A DNA stretch of 64,000 nucleotides, taken from NCBI RefSeq assembly GCF_006345805.1, contig NC_042997.1:53382001-53446000 (forward strand). The letters are read 5' to 3'. Positions within the stretch are counted from its first letter, which is position 1. Each line of letters opens with the position of its first letter. Shown here piece by piece: positions 10,392 to 22,335 of the stretch. The stretch is from Octopus sinensis. Lineage: Eukaryota. The notes beneath the pieces were generated by a model. That model made no database searches. It was not told the origin of the DNA and worked only from the letters and a program-made list of their open reading frames with translations. Made by a program: the position numbers and the translations under genes.

Positions 10392-11982
10392 GGATCTTTT
10401 CAATCTGACCGACAGACTTTTAATTATTTTTTTAGGACCAAACACTTGGATACTGGTAGAATGTGTCACATAGAACAGTGTTTACTCTTAACGTTTTTGA
10501 CAAAATTTTGTATTTTAGAAGTTATTTCGTATTAAAGTTGTCGTATTTGGGTAATTTTAACCAATCGGTGATGAGTATTCAGCTGAAGAAAATGACTGCT
10601 GCTGTTTGCGAACAACTTTCGGGTCCACTCTCCTCTAAAACAAAACCCTTCTTTAATAACCAGAGATGTTTTTATAGCAAGGTAGGTTTGCTGTATCAGG
10701 GTTGATTTGAGGCTAAATAACAACAAAATTATTAGACAGACTAACGACGGAGTATGTATATGGTTGCATGACTTGCTAGAAAAAGTAGCCAAACTTTTTT
10801 TAAATGCAGAATAGAAAAACCTCTATCCTGTGATATACACGTAGAGTCCATTATATCTGGGTAGAAAGACGAATGGTCACAGTTGAGATGTCTTTGATCA
10901 TATCTGTTCAATGAGATCCAACTCGGAACTAAACAAAAAGTGACGAAGGGAACAAGATGAGGCAACCAGAGAGCCTTTTCCTGGTCGCTAGATTTGTTAG
11001 AAAGAGCAACCAAATCTTCCTGACAAAAAGAAAAATGAAATTTCCGTCTTCAAGAAGAAAAAAATGCAAGTTTATCATTTTATAATGTTCGCTTAGGAAT
11101 TAATTACTTCTAGAAAAGAATAAAACAAAATAGTCATGGCTGGAACGTCTTTTCTCACAGATACATTACAATCAGAGCTATCCTGTGGTTAAAACAATAT
11201 TCTTCACTGAAAGCTGAAGCAGCTAAAGTTAACAAAAAGTTGAAAGAATGAAAAATAGCAAGTATCCATATTCCAAATATTGGAATTCCCTTATAAAATA
11301 ATATATATTTTTTATCTTGAAGACGGAAATTTCATTTTTCTTTTTGTCAGGATGATTTGGTTGCTCTTTCTAGCAACTCGAGCGACCAGGTAAAGGCTCT
11401 CTGGTTGCCTCATCTCGTTCCCTTCGTCATTTGTTGTTTAGCCCCGAGTTGGATCTGATTGAACAGATATGATCAAAGACGTCCCAACTGTGACCATTCG
11501 TCTTTCTACCCAGATATAATGGACTCTACATGTATATCACAGGATAGAGTTTTTTTTTCTATTCTGCATATAAAAAAAGTTTGGCTACATTTTCTAGCAG
11601 GTCATGCAACCACATACATGCTCCGTCGTTGGTCTGTCTCAGTAATAATTTTGTTGTTATTTAGCCTCAGATCAATCCTGATACAGTAAACCTATGTTGC
11701 TATAAAACATCTCTGGTTTTGTTAGGGAAGAATGGACTCGGAAGTTGTTGTTTGCAAACAGCAGCAGTAATTTTCTTCAGCTGAATACACATCATTGATT
11801 GGTTAAAATTACCCAAATACGACAACTTTAACACGATATAACTTCTAAAATACAAAATTTTGTCAAAAACGTTAAGAGTAAACACTGTTCTATGAGACAC
11901 ATTCTACCAGTATCCGAAGTTTCAAAGTGTTTAGTTAAAAAAAAATTAATTAAAAAATATGTCGGTAAGATTGAAAAGATCC
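10392..11982. repeat. Large inverted repeat: ~665-bp arms (10392-11055, 11315-11982), ~260-bp spacer
   Basis: The arms align end to end at roughly 85-90% identity by eye; no TSD seen. Confidence 0.92.
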
Positions 11983-11999
11983 TTTTATTTATCTCAGAA

Positions 12000-12612
12000 A
12001 CTAAGCTTAAATCGCTGAAATTAATGGGAAAAGAGAAGCTAGGCGGTATATGCTTTCTTAATACAAATTAGCGGTAAAGTTGGCGCGCGTTAGACATATT
12101 CAATTCTCTGCTTGCTGCGAATTACAAACCAAGGGAGATAACATTGGTATTAAAGTAACATAATTTCAGTGGATTTTCTCCCTTAGTATATGGCTAAGTA
12201 GCTGGAAGTAGCTTTTTTTTTTGTTTTTGAATTAAAAACCATGTTTTACGTCGTTCGAAATAACTTCTGCTGTGAAGTAGTTAATTATAACAACACATTA
12301 AAAAAAAAACCCAAAACAGGAGAATGCTAATAAATTTGGAAAAGAAACTGTATAATTTCATTTCCATCATAATATCACCTGGATTGAATTAAAATATGGA
12401 CTTGAGAGTTAACGGATTTCACATTTTAATTTTCGTTAGTTTTGTTTTAATAAACAAATCTGTATTAAATTAACAGCAGCGACGAAGATAATAGTTCTTC
12501 CTACTGTACACAAGTCACGTAATCTCGCGTAATATCTCATCACTAACTTCAGGATGCCAATAACGTTATATCACTATAAACCAATCAGCTGAACTGTTTC
12601 TTGTACATTTAG
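12000..12612 (+). promoter_or_regulatory. Putative promoter of a plus-strand gene
   Basis: Unique CpG-retaining sequence with TTGGCGCGCG (~12080, E2F-like) and AACCAATCAG (~12579, NF-Y/CCAAT) just upstream of an exon with a perfect donor. Confidence 0.35.
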
Positions 12613-12713
12613 GTACCCCAACATATGCAGGTCACAACCTATGACCTTTAAGTTGGTTGCTTATCCGAAAGAAAATCATTGAATGTGATTCGATTTATAA
12701 GAAAGTTATAGAG
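12613..12713 (+). other. Probable 5' UTR (first or early) exon
   Basis: tttag| before 12613 and a consensus GAG|gtaagt donor at 12713; all three frames contain stops. Confidence 0.45.
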
Positions 12714-14659
12714 GTAAGTTTGTCTATTATGTCTTCTGTAATTGTTGAGAATTCAATTAAAGCTACAGACATCGCTACTTTTTGTTTGTTAATTTCCCCC
12801 CACGAACGTCTGTTCTGTTTTCAATAATGGAGCTTTGTATATGGTCTGGAAAATCTTTCGTGATCCTTTTTCTTGATAATTTAGTACCCGCCATTCTTAT
12901 TCTGTTGTCATTGTATATTACTTTCAATTTAGTTGTATGCTTTATATACACATAGCAATTTCCTGTTCAGTGAAGCTTATTATTATGAATAGTCTGGTTA
13001 AGTGATAGTCTTTGTGGAGCCAATGTGGGTTAGTTCATAAATTTTCTTGTATATGATTTTATATTGTATTTTGTAACAAAATATTTTTCATGGTGACTCT
13101 ATCAGAAATGAAATCGAACACGGTTCAGGATATTGACACATGCCCGTACCATTGTCTGTTCGTTGTTGTAAGAAAGATACATGACCTCTGCATTTGTTGA
13201 CTGTATACCAATGACCTGGCATTGCCTATCAACCTTTTCAACTCTTTGTTAGGGTTAAAGGCTACATTATATTTAGCTTCCAAACTCCTGCATTTTCATT
13301 ATTTTATTTGAGCTTTTTTCGATTGTAATCTTTAAAATAATGTTAACATTATATTTTGAAAAAAAAAAAAATCACCTATTTCTAATTTCGTCTACTACTA
13401 CAGTGTTACAATTTTTTTTTTTTTGTTAATATTATTGTTTATCTCAATGCAACAGATTTTATCCACTTCCTTTTATAAATCTTCTATTACGCTATTCGAA
13501 GCATCAATTCCACACGAAAAATGCGTAGCCGATATATATATATATGCATATATAAAATCGGTATGTGCATATATGCGCGCGCGCATGTATGAATGTATTG
13601 TGTTGAATTAAGCTGTCGCTAGAATGTTGTCGTGTTTCCATTTAATGCTACTAAGTAACTTATTCGTTCTCGGTTTTATCTATTGATTTCTACGACCTTT
13701 GTCCTTTAACATATGCACCGAGTATAATATAGGTCATGTGAATATATTATGCAAATCTTTTGGTCATCAACTTAGACAAGCTGTTGTTGTCTACTTCACC
13801 ATAGTAACTGTTAGCGAGCACCAAACTTTATGAATTTACTTTTCTAATTAAAAGCCAAATAATGATTTCGACAAATGTTAACATTTTCTTAGTTTTTAAT
13901 GTGTCATATTGAACATATTATGCATTGGGGCCTTCAACGAAAGTCAAACTATAAAAACGAGGCTGTTAATTTCGTGGCAAGTTAACTAAAAATGCATTGT
14001 CCTGTTTCTTAAAGTTGATTCTCAGAATTAGGAATTATTTGAATGGTGACGTGGATGAGATTCGAACTGACACAGGCGTATCCTAGTGGGTTTTCATTAA
14101 GGTGTTTATTTATTAGTGTCTAACTCTCAGAAGTTACTGCCAGTTGTACTCCTGTTCCATCTTCGAATAGCTTCCTACCTGTATTGATACCTGAGAATGC
14201 CAAGAAAGTAGTTTTCTCTGTCCACTCTTTCAGTTTTCTGCAACAATAAAATATCAGTATGTAGAAACTAAACAATAATCGTGCACGTGATATATTTAGA
14301 TATATTCTGTATTTAATGAATATTTTTTAAACCATCATCTAAGTTTAGCCACTTATGCATCGGATCACACGTTTTATAAATGGCTCCTGATTCTAATATT
14401 GGTCACTACACATATCCCTTCTCTAAGTCATAAGTTACAACCTGTGCCAGTTTGGATTTTATATAGAATCTGGAGGTTCAGAAAGAGGAAGTCATTGAGA
14501 AGAATTTCTGTCTTACACTCTAGTGTTTAACTTCTCAAATCTCAATAATAATCTTAGTTGGATTTTCTAAGTGTTCAGATTGTTACATAATTTCTCCTAT
14601 TATAAGTTAGTTTCCTTTAATTGATCTGCTCTTGATTTGAAATATATCGAATTTAGGTA

Positions 14660-14800
14660 TTTTTTTCCTGGGGTTACTGGAACATAACTGACAGGCTATA
14701 GTCTTATAACTGGTACTTGTTTTATTGATCCTAAAAGGATGAAAGGTAAAGTCGACTTTGGTGGAATTTGAACTTAGAACATAAAGACAGGCGGTCCCAA
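14660..14800 (-). mobile_element. SINE family A fragment
   Basis: actggtacttgttttattgatcctaaaaggatgaaaggtaaagtcgactttggtggaatttgaac. Confidence 0.75.
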
Positions 14801-14859
14801 TTGTTTTCATTTCACTAATCAAGAAATAGGTTGCTTGCCTGTTTGTGATCACACACATC

Positions 14860-14990
14860 TATACACACGTGAAGATGGATCGATGACATCAAAGAATGGA
14901 CTAGGAAGACCCTAGGGGAGTGCACGGCTGCAGCACTAGATGGCAGTGTGTGGTAAGAAGCTGTGATTGAGCCCTCAGCCAATGGCATAT
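14860..14990 (+). mobile_element. Old RTE-type LINE 3' remnant
   Basis: Translates as RWIDDIKEWTRKTLGECTAAALDGSVW, typical of RTE ORF2 C-termini. Confidence 0.55.
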
Positions 14991-15526
14991 CCATTCATCC
15001 TTTTATATGTATTATAAATCCCTACAAAATAAAATACAAGCTTTTGCTTAGTCCATTACCACCTTTCCTGTCTTTTTCCTATTGTTTGTTTCTATGAACT
15101 CCAATTATGGGTGGAAAGGAGAAATTACAGAGTGAATTCAATACTGGACTACTGGTTCATTGTGTATGAGTGTTGGATTTGATTGAGAGTAGCCATCACA
15201 TCATATGAGGATGACTTGTAGTAGACCTGCATCGTATTCAAAGGATATTCTCATTTGCTTCAGGCCAACTCCGGTTCTTAAGATAGAAACATTTTACATT
15301 TGGAAATTTATAAACAGTGATTTTGTATGATAGAACTAGAGGTGGTCTGAGGTAGGTTGATATCAAGAGAGTGAATCACACAAATGGATTTAAAATAAGG
15401 GATATAATGCCTGAATGCTATTGGTTTCGTGAACCAGAGTTGACCTATCATGGCACCAAGATTTTTGATTCTTAAAAGCACCTGATTGAAAGAAAGCTAT
15501 ATATATATATATATATATATGCATTT

Positions 15527-16140
15527 GTTTTTGTAGTTTCAGTTCAGAGCTGTAGCCATGCTGGTGCACCATTTTGCTACACTCCAGTAATATGTGACAT
15601 TTGATGAATAAGGGAATTCAATGTTGCTATCCTCATTCGCACTTTTTGCTGTGAGGTAGGTTCATCTGGAATCTCAACAGGAAGTGGTCCAGTTTTGATT
15701 TGAAAACACCCACATCCACTTTATGTAGGTCCCTCAGGCTCTTTTGGAGAATATTAAAAAGTTGTGGGCCCCTGAAACCTAGGCTGTTGCAGTAACTGGT
15801 CCTGAAGTGTGATGGTATTGCTAGAATCTTTGGCACTGTGCAGTGTCAACCTGTTCTGGCATTGGTGTAGCTTTCAATGCCAAAATTTGGCACAATTCCT
15901 TCCAGGAAATTCTGGACGTATATTACTGCATACCTCTCCTGCCTTCACTCCAGGGAGTAGAGTCTTAGCTATTTCAGCTTTTCCCAGTAGCTGAGCTGTT
16001 GCAATGAGACGATCTGCTTTGTGAAGCTTTGCTGGATTGCTTCAAGATCTGCTGTTAAATTTTCACTGTTGGGTGACCATAGCTGGGAACAGTAGTCCAG
16101 GTGGCTGAGAATGAATGTCCTCCAGAGGACCATCATTTGA
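15527..16140 (-). mobile_element. CR1-clade LINE 3' fragment including its tail
   Basis: WRTFILSHLDYCSQLWSP and YCNSLGFRGPQLFN...FKSKLDHFL motifs; tail ggtgcaccagcatggctacagctctgaactgaaac. Confidence 0.85.
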
Positions 16141-16960
16141 TGCTTCTTATGCTCAACTTTTCTCTTTGGGTGCTTACACTCTGTCGTGTATGCACACTGA
16201 CATTATACATCCAGTGGATCATACTAACTTAATTTCTTTCAGGCTAACATATGTCCTCAGCAGTCATGGCCCGTGTTTCACTGCCATCTAGCATTGCAGT
16301 TTGCACACAAGCATCATACAGTCTATCTTTCATGCTGAGCGAGAGGCCCTTAGTTGCTAGCAGAGAGAGGAGTTCCCTGAACTTTGCTCAGGCTATTCTT
16401 ATTGTAGCCGCTACACTCTCAGAACAGCCAGCCCCACTACAGACTTGGTCACCTATGTAGCGGAAGCTATTAACTACTTGTAGTTTTTCCCCTTAGAATC
16501 TGTTTTCTGTACATCTTCAGTGTTTACTGCCCCTGTGTATCTGCTACACACAAACCTACCTTCCCGGTTAACCTTCCTTTGATATTGCTGTACCTTTTAT
16601 GTATCCATAGTTTACACCTTTTCTACAGATCGAGCAAGGCCAGCTACCTGAAGGGGTTTGTGATTTGTCAGCCTTCCTACTTACTAAGACTTTAGTTTTT
16701 GCTAGGTTAAGTCTAAGACCCTTTGATTCCAGACCTTGCTTCCACATCCTAAACTTCATCTCTAGTTCTGGCAGCGACTCAGCTATTAGAGCAAGGTCAT
16801 CAGCATAGAGGAGCTCCCAGGGCCAGCCTGTCTTGAATTCCTCTGTTATTGCTTGGAGGACTATAATGAATAAGCGGGGGCTGAGAACTGATCCTTGGTG
16901 AACCCCTACTTCTACCTGGAATTCTTCACTATACTCATTGCCAACCCTCACTTACTGACA
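16138..16960 (-). mobile_element. RTE-clade LINE reverse transcriptase fragment
   Basis: ORF 16568-16951: VGVHQGSVLSP...ELLYADDLALIAES...GLRLNLAKTKV, followed by CSIC. Confidence 0.92.
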
Positions 16961-16962
16961 GC

Positions 16963-16989
<27 letters not shown>

Positions 16990-17008
<19 letters not shown>

Positions 17009-17995
17009 TATATGCATACTTACACATATATATGTACATGCATATTTTTGTATATACATGCTTATATGAAATACGAAACATGGAATACTAACTTTTTTTG
17101 TGAACAATGAAAGAGACAAATGGAAAACAAGACATGGAAAAATCGATCCTTCATCAGTTCTTGGCTGTTTTTCTACTTCGTATTTCAAGCATATACATCG
17201 GGGCTGGTGACTTTGATGTGAGGATGTGTGTGTGCGTCTGTAATGTGTGGGTGCTGGGAAGTGGTCAGTGCTAGTGCTTTCAGGGTGGTGTGATGTGGAG
17301 TGGTGGGGTGTGATGTGGTGTGGCAGTGTTGGGATATGGTGATGGGAATTTGGGGTGTGGATGGGGGTATTGAAGGGAGAAGGTGGGTAGGAATGAAGAG
17401 AGAAAGTAGGTGTCAGACGAAGAGAGGAGAGGAGTCAGATGAAGAGGGAGGGGAGTTGAGCCCATGTAGTGCAAAGAAGCGAAGAGAGAAGATTAATTCC
17501 TGTTCATTGTGAAGGCAGGAGTCCAGATGGCCCCTGTGCAAATTCAGTCCGAACACAGACAGGTGTTGTAATGAATGACCGGTAGAGCGGAAATGGTGCA
17601 AGACCAGGGTGTCATTGTCAAGTGTAATGTCTCGGAGGTGCTCTGCGAACTGGTCAGCCAAGCGGTGTCCCATTTGACCAACATACAGGAGAAGATCAGA
17701 AAGAGCAAGAGATGCAGTAAATGATGTTGCTAGAAGTGCAGGTAAAGGTGTCAGTGATATGATAGGGATGATGATGGGTGCCTGTGAGGATGGTAGTGTT
17801 GGAGAGGTAGGGGCAAGTGTGGCAGCATCGGTGGGAGCAGGGGAAATTTGTGGGGAAAATTAGGTGGGGTTAGGGAAGAAACTGTGAACCAGGTCACATA
17901 GGTTGTGAGCTCATTTGAAGGAGGGAAGGTTGGGGAAGATATGCAAAGTGGAGTGGTTTGACTGGAGTTACTAGAAGGCTCAGAGAATGGTATGT
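16990..17995 (-). mobile_element. Penelope-like element 3' fragment with GIY-YIG endonuclease remnant
   Basis: LYVGQMGHRLADQFAEHLRDI...HHFRSTGHS...LIFSL at 17413-17700; a CTGATGAAGG motif lies downstream near 17150. Confidence 0.8.
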
Positions 17996-18419
17996 TGGAG
18001 ATACATATATATATATATATATATATATACATACATACTAGCAGAAAGATTGCCACCAGGTGGTTTTCTGCTAGTCACTTGATTATATTTTCACATTTGG
18101 TTCCCAATTCTAATAATTTTTATATTTTATGTCTAATTACGTCTTTGTATAATAGTGCTCACTTGCTTAGTAAATATTGCTTTTATTATTCTATCAGTCA
18201 TAGCCTCTGTCTTTTAAATAAACATCAGGGTAGTCCAACAACAGAGGGAGAAGCAATTTGTCATGTTTTACTTTTCCCCCAAAGCAATGTAGAGATTACA
18301 ATTCAGCAGCCCATCTGTAAGCTTTTTAGTGTGTTTGTGAGAGAGAGTGGGGGAGAGAGAGCATTGCAAACAATGACTGAAATAAACATGAAATTAAAAA
18401 TCGTATAAATAAAAGGGCA

Positions 18420-18990
18420 TTTCTACAGATGTATACACCCCTAACTTTGTTGCTTCATAACAACTAGAAAAATGGATACTTTTTAACAAAATTCTCTACA
18501 AATACCGCTTAGATGTTGTGGCTTCAGTGTATATATGGATTTATGGGAAAGAATTTTTCCGAGAGGGTGGAAAGTGGAGTTTTGGAAAATTCACATGATC
18601 TGACTTTTTTTCTCTCATAACTTTCAGGAAAATGGATATCTTTTCATGAAGATCTATACAAATCCCTTTCAAATGGCAAAGATTATGATTATAAAGAAAT
18701 TTGTGGGGAAATTTTTTTAGGGGTTTTCCCCATTTTTTAAAAACTATAGCCTATGAAATGAAGGGGTTGGGAGGGGGACATCTTATTTTGTCTTTTGTAC
18801 TTCAAAACCATGGGAAGAGCATTTTCGGTAAAAAAAAAAAAAAAATTTCAGAAGGGAAAGTGAGTGATTTAAGGGCGATTTGGCTGTTGTTTCTAGCACA
18901 CACAAAGACAACCCTTCGTGTTTCTTTATCACTCTTGCATGTATTGATTTTTTTCAATATTTTATCCCCATAAATATGTTTATATGCTAT
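18420..18990. mobile_element. Decayed non-autonomous element with ~160-bp internal repeats
   Basis: cataac....gaaaaatggata.tttt....aa.at.t.tacaaat.cc recurs at 18471 and 18631. Confidence 0.4.
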
Positions 18991-19164
18991 AAAAAGGAGA
19001 ATTTGAGAAATTATGAGTCTTTTGCAACCCCACTCCCTGCCCCTGATTGTTTCTGTTAAGAAATTAAAATATTGGAAAACCTGAGGTCATTGCTGGCATT
19101 TATCCACAGTGATTTAAAAAAATTTTGGAGATATACTTGCACAGCAAGTGACTTGATCTGAGAT

Positions 19165-19385
19165 CAAGGGGGTGCTGAAAAGTTTCTGGCTTTGTATAAA
19201 AACAAAATGCACGAGGATCAATTAATTATGATTTTAGTTGACATATTCCCCTCTCAGATCCACACACATATTGCAGTGGTCCTGCAGTTTTTCTAAGCCC
19301 AGTAAAAGAACTTGGAAAGTTGGACCTCTAACCAGGCCTTTTATGATACCTTTAAAATCAGGAGCTTTTCAGCGACTGCTTGTAT
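19165..19385. mobile_element. mariner-like MITE
   Basis: caagggggtgctgaaaagtttctgg ... caggagcttttcagcgactgcttgta form imperfect TIRs. Confidence 0.55.
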
Positions 19386-20799
19386 TTGTAAGAATATGAT
19401 CTGCAAATAGAATGATTGAAACAGCATATATGATATGAAGGTAAAAAGAGAAAGTTTAATGTAGAAATTTGAGGCAAATCTTGATTGACTTAAAAAAACT
19501 ATTTATGTAATGGTTTTCTAACCATTTATTTCAAGTTATCAGCAAGTGTACTTCAGTTCTAGTTCTATCATTCTATTTACTGCCATGAGAACAGAATAAC
19601 AGATTACAATAGAATTATAATTTGGAGAATACATTCAAATTAAGTTGATTTTTAATTAACTTTTTTTTCTATTTGTAAGTATATATGTATGTAGTTACAT
19701 ACTTATGATACTCTGCTTTGCTACAAACTGGTATTGAGTTCTTTTTACAAGCCTAATGAATAAAAATGGCATTCGTGTATGCATTCATTCACAAAAGGCA
19801 AAATTTAAAGAATCTTTTATGCATTACAAATGTCTGTATAACTGTCTTGTTTTTCAACATTATTTTCACAAACATACACTTCCTGCTTGTTTATACTGAA
19901 TAATATAGTAGTAATATATTTTTGGAGTGATTTCACTGGAACTAGATTTATACAAAACATTGTTGTTAATAACAGTGTATCTCACAAACACAACATGAAC
20001 AATGGTATAATTATACAATGTATGTGTGTGTGTTGTTTTAAAAATGAATGTATTCAAATAAATATGAATAATAAGAAAGGTGTTTTGCCATTTTGCCTTT
20101 CTATCTATTTTCTCTATACTGATGTACATTTTCATTCTACCTGCCTCTCCCGCCCCCACACCTTTTATTTGGCAAATAATTTGATCAGAGAACATGTAGT
20201 CAAATGAAAATATTGATTGCATCATAAGTGAGTGATAATGGTTGTTGTTGAGAATTTGTATGTTTTCTAGTTGATCAATTGAAGACAAAACTTTTAACAA
20301 GGAAAATCTACATAATATACTATTGCGCATGCTATATTCATCATCATCATCATCATCATTGTTTTAATGTCCACTTTTCAATCCTTGCATGGGTTGGATG
20401 GAATTTGCCGAGGCAGATTTTGCATGACCAGATGTGCCCTTCCTGTTTCCACCCCTCACCTATTTCTCAATAAATTAACGTTTCCCCATGACCAGACATG
20501 TTTCTACAGAATATTGGAAATAAAGGACCCCATTTGCATGACAGTGACACTCATTTACAACTATCATGTAATGTCAAAACATGGAGGCAGCAACACACAC
20601 ATGGTCATTTCATCATGTTAAACCATTAATCCCAACACATTTTTTTCTCTCTCTCTCCACTTTTCCTCTCATTCCTTTCTATCGAAAAGCGTAAGATCGG
20701 AGGGCCAAAAACTTTTCCATTTTTCTCGAGTGTCAAACTAATCACCTACTTGTTGTTCTCTCATCTGTCTTTGTCTTTTGTTTTCTATAAATTTGAACT

Positions 20800-22335
20800 A
20801 TATCATCATCATCATCATCATCATCATCATTATCACTGTTTAACATCCGCTTTCCATGCTGGCATGGGTTGGACAGTGTGACTGAGGACTGGCGAGCCAG
20901 ATGGCTGCACCAGGCTCCAATCTGATCTGGCAGAGTTTCTACAGCTGGATGCCCTTCCTAACGCCAACCACTCTGAGAATGTAGTGGGTGCTTTTACGTG
21001 CCAGGCAGTACTGGCAATGGCCACGCTCAAATGGTGTTTTTATGTGCCACCTGCACAGGAGCCAGTCTAGCAGCACTGGCAACAACCTCACTCAAATGTT
21101 GTTTTTCACGTGCCAGTAAGACGATGCTGGTAACGATCATGCTCGAATGGTGCGTTTTATGTGCCACCGGCATGGGAGCCACTCAGCAGCCCTGGCAACG
21201 ATCATGCTTGGATGGTGCTCTTAACACTTCACTGGCACGGATGCCAGTCATGCAGTGCTGTCATTGAATTTGATTTCAGTTTCTATTTCACTTGCCTCAA
21301 CAGGTCTTCGTAAGCAGAGTTTAGTGTCCATTGCAGGAAAGGTATGCATATGTAGGCTGGTTACATCACTGGCATAGGCCATGGGTTATGGTCTTGGCTT
21401 GCTGGATCTTCTCAAGTACAGCATATTTCCAAAGGTCTCAGTCACTAGTTATTGCCTTGGTGAGGCCTAATGTTTGAAGGTCGTGCTTCACCACTTCATC
21501 CTAGGTCTTCCTGGGTCTACCTCTTCCACACTCTTAACCACAAGGGCGTGACACTTTTCACATAGCTATCCTCATCCATTCGTTCCACATGACCATACCA
21601 GCACAGTTGTCTCTCTTGCACACTACATCTGCTTCTTAGGTCCACCTTTTTTCTCAAGACACTTACACTGTTGAGTATGCACACTGACATTACACATCCA
21701 GCGGAGCATACTGGGTTCATTCCTTGTGAGCTTACACATGTCCTCAGCAGTCATGGCCCATGTTTCACTGCCATGTAGCATGGCTATTCGTACACATGCG
21801 TCATACTGTCTACTTTTTACTCTGAGTGAGAGGCCCTTTGTCACCAGCAGAGGTAGGAGCTCTCTGAACTTTGCCCAGGCTATTCTTATTCTAGCAGCTA
21901 CACATTCAGAGCACCCACCCCCACTACTGACTTGGTCACCTAGGTAACGGAAGCTATCAACTACTTCTGATTTTTATCCCTGGAATGTGGCAGAAGTTGT
22001 TCTCTGCACATTTTCATTGTTTAGTACTTCTGAGCATCTGCCACATACATTAACTATCTTCCCAGTTAGCCTTCCTTTGATATTGCTGCACCTCTTATGT
22101 GTCCATGGCTTACACATGGCGTACATCTTATAGAGTTTCTACCTACGCATTTTCTACAGATCGAGCAGGGCCATCTACCTGAAGGGATGTGTGGTTTGTC
22201 TGCCTTCCTGCTTATTAGGACTTTGGTATTAGCCAGGTTGACTCTAAGGCCCTTTGATTCTAATCCTTACTTCCACACCTGAAACTTCTCCTCTAGCTCT
22301 GATAGTGATTCAGCAATTAGAGCAAGGTTCATCAG
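20800..22335 (-). mobile_element. 5'-truncated RTE-clade LINE, from the YADD region to the (GAT)n tail
   Basis: MLHGSETWAMT...MLRWMCNVSVH, RLCWYGHVERM, a 3' UTR array, and (atc)n at 20803-20830. Confidence 0.9.

Noticed and set aside
10392-11982. Foldback or Mutator-like transposon interpretation of the large inverted repeat
   Set aside because: There is no TSD, and a dispersed repeat runs from the left arm into the spacer, which fits inverted duplication better.
14179-14237. Minus-strand exon-like segment KLKEWTEKTTFLAFSGINT with good splice sites
   Set aside because: It is isolated, has no phase-compatible neighbour I could find, and lies antisense in the presumed first intron of the plus-strand gene.
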